Assembly (NCBI GenBank): GCA_963811105.1
Contig: CAWEPZ010000011.1
Coordinates: 160,001-224,000, forward strand
Length of the DNA: 64,000 nt
Origin: Candidatus Bathyarchaeota archaeon
Lineage (GTDB): Archaea; Thermoproteota; Bathyarchaeia; Bathyarchaeales; Bathycorpusculaceae
Direction of reading: 5' to 3'
The translations under genes were made by a program, and so were the position numbers. The notes under the pieces are model-generated. The model made no database searches, was not told where the DNA came from, and saw only the letters and a list, made by a program, of their open reading frames with translations. Below are positions 18,510-28,258 of this stretch, piece after piece (positions within the stretch are counted from its first letter, which is position 1; the number at the start of each line of letters is the position of its first letter).

Positions 18510-19712
18510 TTACCGATCCAAGATTGGAAATTCCTTTGTTAAACGTTGTTCTCCTAATATATTACCTACTACCAGTTTAAGGGTTTGCCCCTCACTTGCA
18601 AGGCCAACAACCTCATCATCCTTAAGAGCTTCTTTGAGAAAATATTCGAACTGCACTTGCCTGTCCATCCAGTCTCCGAATCTTGCTGATCGTTCTCGTT
18701 CTATTTGCTCATATGCGTACATGAATTCGTATAGAGATCTGTATATCTGGTCGTCAATCTTTTCTGAGATTTTCTTTTCCTCAACAGTTATCCATTCTAG
18801 ACCTTCAAGGTCAACAAAGTAAATGGTACCATCAGGAGCGAGAACAGCATCCTTGTCTAGCCAGACGTCGTAGAAATCCAATCCACTGAAAGTTCCATCG
18901 ACATTGCTTTTTAACGTCCTGACAAAAAGTGTAAGATACGCAATTCCACTCTTAACAAAATTTAGCAGAAACTTTAATGCTTTATCGTTCTTGTCTAATT
19001 CAAATAGGTTAAAGACTGATCTTATATTACTGCCGACTGTACTTCCTGAATGAAAATAAATCCTAACATTAGATGGAACCAATCTTGTTTCCTGAACCAT
19101 CCGCCCCCTGAATTTGCGATACCAGTATATTTTTTTGATTTCATTCTCTAAATCATCAGGAAGGAAAGCGATTTTCACAAGAGGTGCAATTCGAAATCCA
19201 TTAATGGAGGTAAGGTCGGCCATTTCCGACACTCTCATCGAAGTGGTTGCGTGCTCAAGTCCCTGTCCCCCATATGGTGAACCTCTTAGCCATAATTCCC
19301 CTGTTAAGTATCGAGGAGCCGTTTCCGCCGAACTAGCTATCATTTCTTTTAGTTTGGAATCTTTCAGCAGGTTGCATATTTCATCTTTCCCCAGTAGCCG
19401 ATGGGAAAAAGGATTGGTTGTTGAACCGATTCCTTTTACAGAAAGGTAAAAGTCAGTGCCGTCCATCTTCAAAGATGGCAAAGTGGAAACTGCTCCTCTA
19501 TTATCATCCGCAACAAACTCTCTGGTAACCAAGGGGTTGAGATAGGTGAAAGGCTTCATACTCTCAGGAAGGTGAATTTTTTCAAAATCATCCATTTTGA
19601 ATCCCTGAAAATGCCTGTTTGTCAGCATTTCAGAAGCTTCATATATATTCAGATTGACGGGTGAGCCTTTCAGCCTCATAGTCGTTCGGCATTTGTATGG
19701 ATGGTTTAACAC
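18510..19712 (-). CDS. Divergent SelO/YdiU-like kinase-fold protein (putative AMPylase); likely start ATG at 19679
   Basis: Motifs in SelO order: DDNRG, LSVKGIG..NPFSHR, TRLVPSNVRIYF, LDKDA.L.PDG.IYFVDLE. Confidence 0.6.
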   Translation of the reverse strand: MLNHPYKCRTTMRLKGSPVNLNIYEASEMLTNRHFQGFKMDDFEKIHLPESMKPFTYLNPLVTREFVADDNRGAVSTLPSLKMDGTDFYLSVKGIGSTTNPFSHRLLGKDEICNLLKDSKLKEMIASSAETAPRYLTGELWLRGSPYGGQGLEHATTSMRVSEMADLTSINGFRIAPLVKIAFLPDDLENEIKKIYWYRKFRGRMVQETRLVPSNVRIYFHSGSTVGSNIRSVFNLFELDKNDKALKFLLNFVKSGIAYLTLFVRTLKSNVDGTFSGLDFYDVWLDKDAVLAPDGTIYFVDLEGLEWITVEEKKISEKIDDQIYRSLYEFMYAYEQIERERSARFGDWMDRQVQFEYFLKEALKDDEVVGLASEGQTLKLVVGNILGEQRLTKEFPILDR

Positions 19713-20199
19713 TTAAGCTTTCTTGCCTAACCACTTGGAAGCACAAAAAATCGTTTATGGGTTGTTAACTTACGGTAAGGGGTTTACCCATTTAAGGGAG
19801 CAACTCCGCGGGCTTACTGAATCCTTCGATTTAGTTAAGAAAACAGAATATTTGAGCTTAAGCAAAAAGAATTCATACCCGTTTCAGACTATGTGAAAAC
19901 TAATTTCAATTTCAGAAAATAGACATATTTATACCCACATGTTAGGGCTTAGGCACATCTTTTCACGCACAAGAGCCAAATTCTAAAATTAAATTTGAGT
20001 TTTCACGCCTCTGTTTGAGGGTAAGTCTGGTCCGATTCAACCTTCTATCAAAGAACATTTAAGGTCTTGACTCATAGAGTCAAGTGGCAATTGACCCATG
20101 TATAAATGTATTATCTTAATCAGTGGAACGGGTTATCTATCTTGAACAGTCTCCACAGAGAGGATTAACCTGCAACATCTGTTTAGAGGCCTATTGATG

Positions 20200-20450
20200 T
20201 TACGCGTATTTTTCTGAAGTACGTAAACATCTTGTATCGTTACAAGTCCGTCATCGCCAACTATTCCTTTGAGTTCCGGAAGCAGAGGCTCAAATTAAGA
20301 TTGCTAATCCACTACTTCAACAAAATTTTATGCCACGAAAAAATTTCATCCAGCACCTTAGCTGAGACTACCAGAATACAAATAGTTATATGGAGCTCAG
20401 CAGAGGGTCTAACGCCATGGAAATGCACCTTCTTATTAGAAACCTTCATT
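20200..20450 (-). pseudogene. DUF190 (PII-like) gene remnant
   Basis: The minus strand at 20291-20217 reads EPLLPELKGIVGDDGLVTIQDVYVL, a typical DUF190 C-terminus. The upstream part is broken by stops and frameshifts. Confidence 0.5.
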
Positions 20451-20709
20451 TTAACTATTTAGTTCACACAGACAATTGGTTTCTTTTGTCATCATGCAAC
20501 TTTTTTTCTCTAAAGAATTACCTTGAAGCTCTTTCCTTAAAGGAATACTGATGAATGCACGTTTGTGTAAGCTGGTGTTAAGCTTTGGCGTCAAAGTTTG
20601 GAGAGCTTGAAGACCTCATTGAATGAGCAGAAAAATTACCCTTTTTGCGGAATCGCGGAGTTTATTAATGCCAATTCATTAGACTTGAAAAGAGGTAGCA
20701 GCTACCAAA

Positions 20710-21252
20710 ATGGTTACGTTAATTGCGGCTGTTGGAATAAGTGGGTCAGGTAAAACAACCACACTTGAGTATTTAATTTCAAGCCTCACTAAGGAAGGCT
20801 ACAAAGTGGGAGTCATAAAACACATTCATCGAGAAGGCTTCACTATAGACAGAGAAGGCACGAACACGTGGAGATTTACCCAGGCTGGTTCAAAAATAAC
20901 CGTTGCTTTCTCACCTGAAGAAATAGCCGTAATAAAGAAAACTAAAACTTCAATGGATGAATTAGACAAAGTCATTAAACAGTTGGAGAACGAGCAACTT
21001 GACATCATCTTTATTGAAGGATTTCACGGCGCCATTTCAAAACGAACAGAAATCATCAAAATCATTACTGCAAAAAATCCTGAAGACCTAGAAAAGACTC
21101 TCAATGAGTCTGTTCCGCCTATAATTGCAGTCACAGGTTTAATCGCTAAAAACAAACCGCCCACAAGCAAAATTCCCTTCATCAATTTGCCTGACGAAGG
21201 ACCTCAACTACTAGAACTTGTCAAAAAATATTTAGCAGCAAACAAAAATTAA
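20710..21252 (+). CDS. mobB: Molybdopterin-guanine dinucleotide biosynthesis protein B
   Basis: GISGSGKTT, VGVIKH, DIIFIEGF. Confidence 0.92.
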   Translation: MVTLIAAVGISGSGKTTTLEYLISSLTKEGYKVGVIKHIHREGFTIDREGTNTWRFTQAGSKITVAFSPEEIAVIKKTKTSMDELDKVIKQLENEQLDIIFIEGFHGAISKRTEIIKIITAKNPEDLEKTLNESVPPIIAVTGLIAKNKPPTSKIPFINLPDEGPQLLELVKKYLAANKN

Positions 21253-21308
21253 GGTTCTTCAGGAAAATTAGATAAACAGCCACCATTTTTATTAGACGAG
21301 GTTGTTAA

Positions 21309-22352
21309 ATGGCTAAGCGAGCAGCAATCATCCTTGCTGGAGGAAAAGCTCAAAGGTTCCAGACCAATCAAGAAATCTGGCAAGATAAGGCTCTCGTGAA
21401 ACTAGATTGCAAACCTCTTCTGATTCACGTCGTTGAAAACGTCAAGCAAGTCGTTGATGAAGTAGTAATTGTAGTAAACGAGGAATACAGAAAATTACAG
21501 TACGAAGACGTTTTGTCAAGCCACAACATTAACAATGTAAAGATAATTATTGATGTTAAAATCCACCAACTCAGCGGACCTATTATAGCAATCTTAACGG
21601 GGCTAAAATATACCAACGCAGATTATTGTTTAACCATTCCAGCCGATATGCCTTTGCTCTGCAGCAAAGTTGCAGAATACATGTTTAACGAAATTAAGGA
21701 TTCTAATATTGTAGTCCCAATGTGGCCCAACGGGAGACTTGAAACACTCATAATGGTTCTAAAGCGAACCAGCACTCTACCAATTACAAATGTAATTACA
21801 CAATTGGGGCGAACCCGTCCCGATGACATAACAAGAGGCGCTTTAAGGACCCTATTTGTTTCTCCCTTAGGTCAAATCAAGAGTTTGGACCCAGAATTGA
21901 AAAGTTTTGTAAACATTAACTTCCCACAAGACCTAACAAATTTACAACCCCGGCCCACACCAGGCCCAGTTATCGAAGATCTTCGCTTAAACCTTGGAAA
22001 TCTCACTAGTGAGCAATTAGAACTTCTTCTAGAAGCAGCATTAAAGGCTGACATTGATTTTTCAGATTCAACCAAGTTATTTTCAGACTGCGCAGCTATT
22101 CTTGAGAATGAAGGCTTGGATTTTTGGGCTGCTTTGAGCCGAGAATTTGAAGCAAAGACTTTACTGAACTTGACTAAAGGTAATCGCACACCAGAATCAA
22201 CTGAAAAGGTGAGGGATGCTTTCTTAAAAGCTTCCCTAAACTACGCATTAGAAGCTGAAACATATGAGCAAAAGAGTTGTTTCTTTTTAGCTGAAAGGGC
22301 AGAAACTGACAAGTTATGGTGCGAATCACGGCAACGTGAAGCAATTAAATGA
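21309..22352 (+). CDS. mobA: Molybdenum cofactor guanylyltransferase with C-terminal extension
   Basis: IILAGGKAQRF..DKAL, GPIIAILTG, PADMP, SFVNINFPQDL. Confidence 0.88.
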   Translation: MAKRAAIILAGGKAQRFQTNQEIWQDKALVKLDCKPLLIHVVENVKQVVDEVVIVVNEEYRKLQYEDVLSSHNINNVKIIIDVKIHQLSGPIIAILTGLKYTNADYCLTIPADMPLLCSKVAEYMFNEIKDSNIVVPMWPNGRLETLIMVLKRTSTLPITNVITQLGRTRPDDITRGALRTLFVSPLGQIKSLDPELKSFVNINFPQDLTNLQPRPTPGPVIEDLRLNLGNLTSEQLELLLEAALKADIDFSDSTKLFSDCAAILENEGLDFWAALSREFEAKTLLNLTKGNRTPESTEKVRDAFLKASLNYALEAETYEQKSCFFLAERAETDKLWCESRQREAIK

Positions 22353-23142
22353 TTATTCTTTGTGGTACTGTGTAAACGTTGAGACGTTTTCCACGGACAA
22401 ACCCAGCCAAAGTTAAGTTTGAACCTTCAGCAGTCGTAATGCCAGATGAAAGGGCAGCCGAAAGAGAAGCAACAATAGGTAAACCTACATTAGCCGCCTT
22501 GAAAGCCACGTCGCCAGAAATGCGCCCGCTTAGAGCCAGAAAACACTCTGCAAAATCAACTTTTTCCAAAGCAGACATACCAATCACCTTGTCAACGGCG
22601 TTGTGCCTGCCTACATCTTCAGCCAACGCAATCAATGAGCCGTCGCTTTTGTAGATTGCCGCAACGTGAAGCCCTCCTGTCTTCCTAAAGCCCTCTGCTT
22701 TGAAGTTTAGTTGGTTAACGCTATCAAAGATAATTTTGGCGTTTACCGCTAGGTTTGAGTGAACATTAGGTATTTTGCCAATGTATTGGTATGGAGAGCC
22801 AGCACCGCACGCCGAGACGATCACGCGTGCATGCAGTCTAGATAGGCTGATTCGGTCTTGGACATTTACGTTTGGTTTAAGCTTAACATAACAAGTATTT
22901 TCCGCTTCTTTTAGCGTGACTTCCTCAATCTCATCTATTGATTTCAGTATCCCTTCAGAAAGCAAGTGCCCTATCGCCAACTCCTTAATGTTTGTTGGTG
23001 TGCATAGGATAGTTACCCATAAAGTCGTATTTACAAAAAGGTGCAGAGGAGTTTCTTCGGCGACAAAATCAGGTTTTTTTTCAGCTTTTCCTGTTGAAAG
23101 GTCAATTCTTGTGATATCAACTTGGCGCACCATATTGGTCAC
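22345..23142 (-). CDS. fdhD: Formate dehydrogenase accessory sulfurtransferase FdhD
   Basis: TGGLHVA, EDVGRHNAVDK, SGRIS, LAGFVRG. Confidence 0.93.
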   Translation of the reverse strand: MTNMVRQVDITRIDLSTGKAEKKPDFVAEETPLHLFVNTTLWVTILCTPTNIKELAIGHLLSEGILKSIDEIEEVTLKEAENTCYVKLKPNVNVQDRISLSRLHARVIVSACGAGSPYQYIGKIPNVHSNLAVNAKIIFDSVNQLNFKAEGFRKTGGLHVAAIYKSDGSLIALAEDVGRHNAVDKVIGMSALEKVDFAECFLALSGRISGDVAFKAANVGLPIVASLSAALSSGITTAEGSNLTLAGFVRGKRLNVYTVPQRIII

Positions 23143-23279
23143 TTGCTACCTTTCGTGTTTTGAACTCAGCGAACTTGATAAGTCATTCGGCTATTCAAAC
23201 CAATCAAGGAGATTTAGAGCTATTTGAAATTGAATAGCCTCTGTTTCTTCAGAGGCGAAAAGAAATTAATTTCAAAAAA

Positions 23280-24095
23280 TTATAGGTATTTTTCGTATGT
23301 CTTAAGTTGCGGATTGTTTGGTTTTGATACGAAGAGTTTTCCTGTGCCTTTCTCCGCGATATCACCGAGAAACACGTAGAATGGACCTGCTGCTGATTCA
23401 GTGTCGTCGATTTTGACTTTAGGCTTGACGGCATCAACGGTAAAGGTGGGCATCATTTCTTCTATTTTTCCTGAAACAACTATTTTTCCGCCAGTCATGT
23501 TCGTGCCGACTCTTGTGGTAGCATCTTTTTCAACATGGATGGTTCCGTCGCTCATGTGGAAACCTAAGAATTGGCCGACGCTGCTACCTTTTATCTTAAT
23601 TAAGCCGCCGCGTAAGTACGCACCTGAGTCACTTCCGACATTGCCATCTACTACTATTTTGCCGCCCTTCATGCCTTCGCTGTTTCCTCGGTAGGGAGAA
23701 GCTAAATAATCATTTGCGTTTCCGTGAATTTCAATTAAGCCTTTCTTCATGGCACTGCCTGCCCATTGACCAGCGTCGCCGTTTACTGTAATTTTGCCGC
23801 CTAACATTTTCTCGCCAAGGTGCATTCCCGCATTGCCGTTTATGACGATTTCACCGGTTTTCATACCCTGACCGATTCGTCTTACTTCGCCTACGTCACC
23901 ATTAATTGTTATGCTTGGAGAATCAGCGGCGTCTTCTTCTATTTTAAAGATGTCACCTAGCGTTTTCGGTCTGTTCCCTTCATATACAGGCAGCTGTGCG
24001 ATTTCAGCCGTGTCTTTTCCTTGAAATACATCGGGACTTATGCATTCAGCTTGAACTGGAAAAGTGAATTTCTTCAGCGGAGTTAAAGTTATCAT
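23280..24095 (-). CDS. fwdC: Formylmethanofuran dehydrogenase subunit C
   Basis: GxxMxxGxIxVxG beta-helix repeats, YEGN, YRG...GMKGG, FLGD. Confidence 0.95.
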   Translation of the reverse strand: MITLTPLKKFTFPVQAECISPDVFQGKDTAEIAQLPVYEGNRPKTLGDIFKIEEDAADSPSITINGDVGEVRRIGQGMKTGEIVINGNAGMHLGEKMLGGKITVNGDAGQWAGSAMKKGLIEIHGNANDYLASPYRGNSEGMKGGKIVVDGNVGSDSGAYLRGGLIKIKGSSVGQFLGFHMSDGTIHVEKDATTRVGTNMTGGKIVVSGKIEEMMPTFTVDAVKPKVKIDDTESAAGPFYVFLGDIAEKGTGKLFVSKPNNPQLKTYEKYL

Positions 24096-24096
24096 T

Positions 24097-25791
24097 CTAA
24101 ACGCTCGCCTTCACAACTATTGGGTCTTTAACCTTAACATAGCGATCATACACTGGATAATTATCGTAATCAACTGTCCAGTACTGCTTGAATTTCAGCC
24201 TCATGTCATCATCAATTTTGCATGGCTCTTTTGTTTGCACATTAAGCCACATAGTTCTGCCGCTTGCCTTGCTTACCACTTCGCCGTCTTTAACAACAAC
24301 TAAGCCATCCTTAATAGTGTAAGCTGCGTGTTTGAACGCTCTTCGGGTGCTCTTGTATTTGCGAGCTATGTCAGTGGTTTCCGGATTAATTTTGTATATT
24401 GCTACGTCTGCGTCTGCGCCTACGCCGAGGTGTCCTTTGTTTTTGAGTCCTAAAGCTTTAGCTTGCCCTGCACGGGTCATTATTGCTAATTCATAAAGGC
24501 TTAATTCTCTCGTAATCGAGGGTAGCAGGCTCTTTTTCTGTGCTTTCTTGTGACAAAGATTCAATGTAGCCATGCGTGCGTTCTTGCTGCTGAGCCAAGC
24601 AAGGATTCTTGGATAAGCAAAGAATGGACCCCCATTGGGGTGATCTGTGGTCATGAACATTTTCCAAGGGTCATTAATCATCAATGCAAGTTCTAAGCCA
24701 ATTGACCACTGGGTTGCGTTTACTGCGTTGTTTTTCTTGTAATGGAATGGTATGATTCCTCCACTTGTCTCGGTTTCCACATCGCTGTTAACCCACTTAT
24801 GCCCACTTAACTGGTAGAGCGTGTACTCGAAAGGTCCATCAGCCGTCATGGTTGTTGTGTCGGTAAAGATTACTTGTCCCATGTCAAAAGTCATGTGATT
24901 ATGAGCGTTAATATAACTTGAGATTTCTTCAGCCGCAGATTTCATGTTTCCCCAGCCATCTCCCCCAAAACTGCTGAACTGCAGATGAGTAATATGACCA
25001 ACAGGTCTGCCCTCATAAGGCACGCTTTCCAAAGCCTTCATTGTTTCCAGTGTGGTCGAATAGTTGCCTGGCAACCCAAGATTATTTGTGTGGAGGTGAA
25101 TAGAATGAGGCAGGTTTAGCATTTTGTTAACTCTGGCTAAGCCACAAATGATTTCTCGGGGAGTAATGCAGAAGTTTGGCACTTGATCATCAATACTCTT
25201 AACGTTATGTCCGAACCCCCAAGATTCCAATCCGCCTGGGTTCACGATTTTTATAGCATAACCTTTAGTTGTATCCATCATCCAGGCGACGTGTCGTGCG
25301 CACCCTTCCAAATCACCTTTCTGCAAATATTCAAGGACAAACCACCAGTCGCCGATTAACGGGTAACTAGCTTTGTCCAGAAGTGGTACGTCGTTTAATT
25401 CTTCATGAGTATGTTTAGCTTCCAAAGGAGCCATAGACGGGTTCATGACTGTTGTATAACCCATTTTTGAGTAGCGGTAGCCAGTGATAAAAGTCGATGG
25501 AATCGAGTAGCCAGAGCCTGATCTAGTCCAAGATGTTTTGCTTACTGCATCTTTAACATGATCTTCAGGCCTAACCATTCGACCCATGTTAACTTCCCCC
25601 CCTGCAATGTGAGTGTGAATGTCCACGCCGCCTGGCATAATTGTCAAACCAGTAGCATCAATTGTTTTAGCCTTATGCCCACTCAATTTCGAAACTATTT
25701 TGCCATCTTTGACGGCAATATCCATTTTTTCGCCATTAATCCCGTTAATCGGATCAAAGACGAAGCCATTCTTAATCAGTAATTCAGTCAT
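24097..25791 (-). CDS. fwdA: Formylmethanofuran dehydrogenase subunit A (amidohydrolase)
   Basis: DIHTHIAG, KIVNPGG, HLHTNNLG, TTDHPNGGPF. Confidence 0.97.
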   Translation of the reverse strand: MTELLIKNGFVFDPINGINGEKMDIAVKDGKIVSKLSGHKAKTIDATGLTIMPGGVDIHTHIAGGEVNMGRMVRPEDHVKDAVSKTSWTRSGSGYSIPSTFITGYRYSKMGYTTVMNPSMAPLEAKHTHEELNDVPLLDKASYPLIGDWWFVLEYLQKGDLEGCARHVAWMMDTTKGYAIKIVNPGGLESWGFGHNVKSIDDQVPNFCITPREIICGLARVNKMLNLPHSIHLHTNNLGLPGNYSTTLETMKALESVPYEGRPVGHITHLQFSSFGGDGWGNMKSAAEEISSYINAHNHMTFDMGQVIFTDTTTMTADGPFEYTLYQLSGHKWVNSDVETETSGGIIPFHYKKNNAVNATQWSIGLELALMINDPWKMFMTTDHPNGGPFFAYPRILAWLSSKNARMATLNLCHKKAQKKSLLPSITRELSLYELAIMTRAGQAKALGLKNKGHLGVGADADVAIYKINPETTDIARKYKSTRRAFKHAAYTIKDGLVVVKDGEVVSKASGRTMWLNVQTKEPCKIDDDMRLKFKQYWTVDYDNYPVYDRYVKVKDPIVVKASV

Positions 25792-27281
25792 GCTTTAACC
25801 TCTTCTTCTTTCTTAGCAGCTTTACCTTTGATTACTTTGACTTCATGAAGAATTTTCTCCAGAATCTCTTCGTCTGAAAATATTCCCTTTGGTGGCTCAA
25901 CGACTTTTTTAAGTGGAAGTGGAACGGAATCCATTCGGTATGCTGTGCCTTCAGTTTCTATTCCGACAAAAGTAGTTGGAAACACTACGTCGCCGAGCAT
26001 GGCAGTGGCATTCATGTGCGGATCAATAACTATCAATGGATGCTTAACCATGTTTTCAACCGCGCGTTTTGGAAAGTTTGCGCCTGGATCAGCCGCAATA
26101 ACCAATGAGGCATCGTTTTCTCCTCGCAAAAGAACATCCATGCAAGTTGTCTCTCCAGGATTATATCTTGGGTAACCCGTTGAAAAGTCAACACCGTATG
26201 GGTAACCACTTTGCCACGCAGAAACTACGTTGGCGCCTGTAACGTTGAAGTGTCCTCTCATAGGCATGATTAAGAATTTGGTCCGGCTGTTCAAGTCGCG
26301 AACCAGCGATATGGCGACTTCTATGTTTCTGAATTTGCCAGCAGTCTGCGTTAAGCCCATGCCAAAGAAGATTACACCGAACTCGCAATTTATCAATGCG
26401 TCAGCTACTTCTTTGAGGTATTCAACTGGAACACCTGCAACCGTGTCGACATCAAGCTCTTCGTCACGAACCAATGCTCTTAGCGCCTGCATTAATTCAT
26501 AATCTTTGTTTGGCTCAACTTGAATAAAGTAATCAGCCATTTCAGCGGACATTGTTTTTCGGACATCAATCACTATTAGTTTACGTCCGCCCTTCTCCAA
26601 TGCTGGGGGAGCGCCGCCAACATGGCAGGCTTGAGGCTTTGGTTTTGAACCTCTTACAATACCTTCCCTGAGGACACTATTAATTTTCTTTTGGCCAGCT
26701 CCAGCTTTAAGTTTTTGCATGTATGATTTCCATTCACTCTTCTCAAATCGGCCTTCTGTAAAACTAGTATACCTTTCAAGGTGTCTCGGATGTGCACTCC
26801 AAGGGTCACAGCCCCAGTAAACTATAAGGTCTGCACGGTGCCTAATTTGCCCTAAAGTACATGTTGGAATCCCCACTTCTTGAACACCCAAAATAGAAGG
26901 ACCATGGCATACAACGGCTGTGTTGTCAATGATGCCCCCAACTTCTTCAGTTAATTCCATACCTACACGTTGAGCTTCCGAACTTGTCGAACTCCAACCA
27001 TAAAGAATCGGATAATTTGAATTAGCAAGAATATCCGCCGCTTTGTGTACAGCTTCATCCATTGATACTGGCACTAGTTTACCGTCTTTTCGGATAAGTG
27101 GCGTTTTTATTCGGTGTGAGCAGTTATAATTGAGAAACTTGGCTTCACAGATTGCACAACCATTTTTGACTTTGGTAACCTGGTTGTTTTCAACTGTTAA
27201 TTCAATATCGTCACATAAGCAACCACAAATTGGACAAGTTACAGATTGAACTATTGACAATTTCTTACCTCCCAAATTCAC
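25788..27281 (-). CDS. fwdB: Formylmethanofuran dehydrogenase subunit B (Mo/W-bisPGD, Cys ligand)
   Basis: CPICGCLCDD...C cluster, VCHGP, HPRH, PMRGHFNV, GTAYRMD. Confidence 0.96.
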   Translation of the reverse strand: MNLGGKKLSIVQSVTCPICGCLCDDIELTVENNQVTKVKNGCAICEAKFLNYNCSHRIKTPLIRKDGKLVPVSMDEAVHKAADILANSNYPILYGWSSTSSEAQRVGMELTEEVGGIIDNTAVVCHGPSILGVQEVGIPTCTLGQIRHRADLIVYWGCDPWSAHPRHLERYTSFTEGRFEKSEWKSYMQKLKAGAGQKKINSVLREGIVRGSKPKPQACHVGGAPPALEKGGRKLIVIDVRKTMSAEMADYFIQVEPNKDYELMQALRALVRDEELDVDTVAGVPVEYLKEVADALINCEFGVIFFGMGLTQTAGKFRNIEVAISLVRDLNSRTKFLIMPMRGHFNVTGANVVSAWQSGYPYGVDFSTGYPRYNPGETTCMDVLLRGENDASLVIAADPGANFPKRAVENMVKHPLIVIDPHMNATAMLGDVVFPTTFVGIETEGTAYRMDSVPLPLKKVVEPPKGIFSDEEILEKILHEVKVIKGKAAKKEEEVKA

Positions 27282-27666
27282 TCATTAGAAGCTCTTCAAT
27301 GCTCAGGACCTGTTTAGTAGACGCTAATTCAACGGCAGCTGGAGTTCCCTTAAACGAAGGCATACCTATACTTGTGGTTTTGTCGCTGCATACAGCGTTG
27401 GCCCATGGTCCATAAGGAATGTAAATTAAGCCAGGTGTTGCAGCACGGGGATACCTTACGGCTTTGAGGACTACAGAGCCGTTAACGGTTGTTACCAAAA
27501 TGTTAGCGTTATTTTTGACACCTAATTTTTTCATGTCCCCTTCGTCCATGTAACACATGGAGCAAGCGTCAAAATACTCTTTTGAAGCTTTACCTTTCTC
27601 TTTGCCGACACCTTGCTCGATCGTACGACCTGAAAGCAAAGTTACCTTTAACTTTTGCTCTACCAT
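27265..27666 (-). CDS. fwdD: Formylmethanofuran dehydrogenase subunit D
   Basis: SGRTIEQG, IPYGPWAN, GMPSFKG. Confidence 0.95.
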   Translation of the reverse strand: MVEQKLKVTLLSGRTIEQGVGKEKGKASKEYFDACSMCYMDEGDMKKLGVKNNANILVTTVNGSVVLKAVRYPRAATPGLIYIPYGPWANAVCSDKTTSIGMPSFKGTPAAVELASTKQVLSIEELLMSEFGR

Positions 27667-28258
27667 GATTCCGACCTTACAAATAGAGTTTAATCAGTTA
27701 TATTTAAGAGTGATTTTACGAAAGAGCCAAATTTTACCATCAAAACCCAATTGAAAAGAAAGAAAAAGGCACTCTCCGCATATAACCAAAGCCTGTTTCA
27801 AAATTCAACAAACCCAAGATTAAACAAAAACAAAGGGGAAATTACCCCATCTTTACAATTGTCTGAACGTAACGTGGAAACGCCTTCCACTACTTTTCGT
27901 GATGATTTACGATAAAATGCGATAATCTGCGATAATTCTGGACGCAGTCTCCAAACAAAAACAAACCATAAACCAAAAAAGCAATCCAAAACGCAAGGAA
28001 CAAAAACAGCATGACAAAAGAGCATACTGAAGGCTCGCTTCAAACATTCTTATACTTTTAGTCATTTTCAAACATTTCTAAACTCAAACCCGCAAACAAT
28101 TCAAGCTTAATTTAGAAAAAGCAAGCCAAAACACCAAGTTCGAACCCCCGCTGAAAACCCGTCAACAATGACTTTCACAAAATCATAATCAACCCAAAAA
28201 ACACAAAAACAACGAATCATCGAAAATTTAAAAAGCAAACGTTTACTCCTTTGTTGCT

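Noticed and set aside
26895-26915. Possible selenocysteine at the FwdB metal ligand
   Set aside because: The codon is TGC (VCHGP) and the ORF is uninterrupted.
27780-28240. A-rich low-complexity tract with AAAAC-like units and an 81-aa ORF
   Set aside because: No fixed-length repeat/spacer periodicity, so not CRISPR. The ORF composition reflects base skew.
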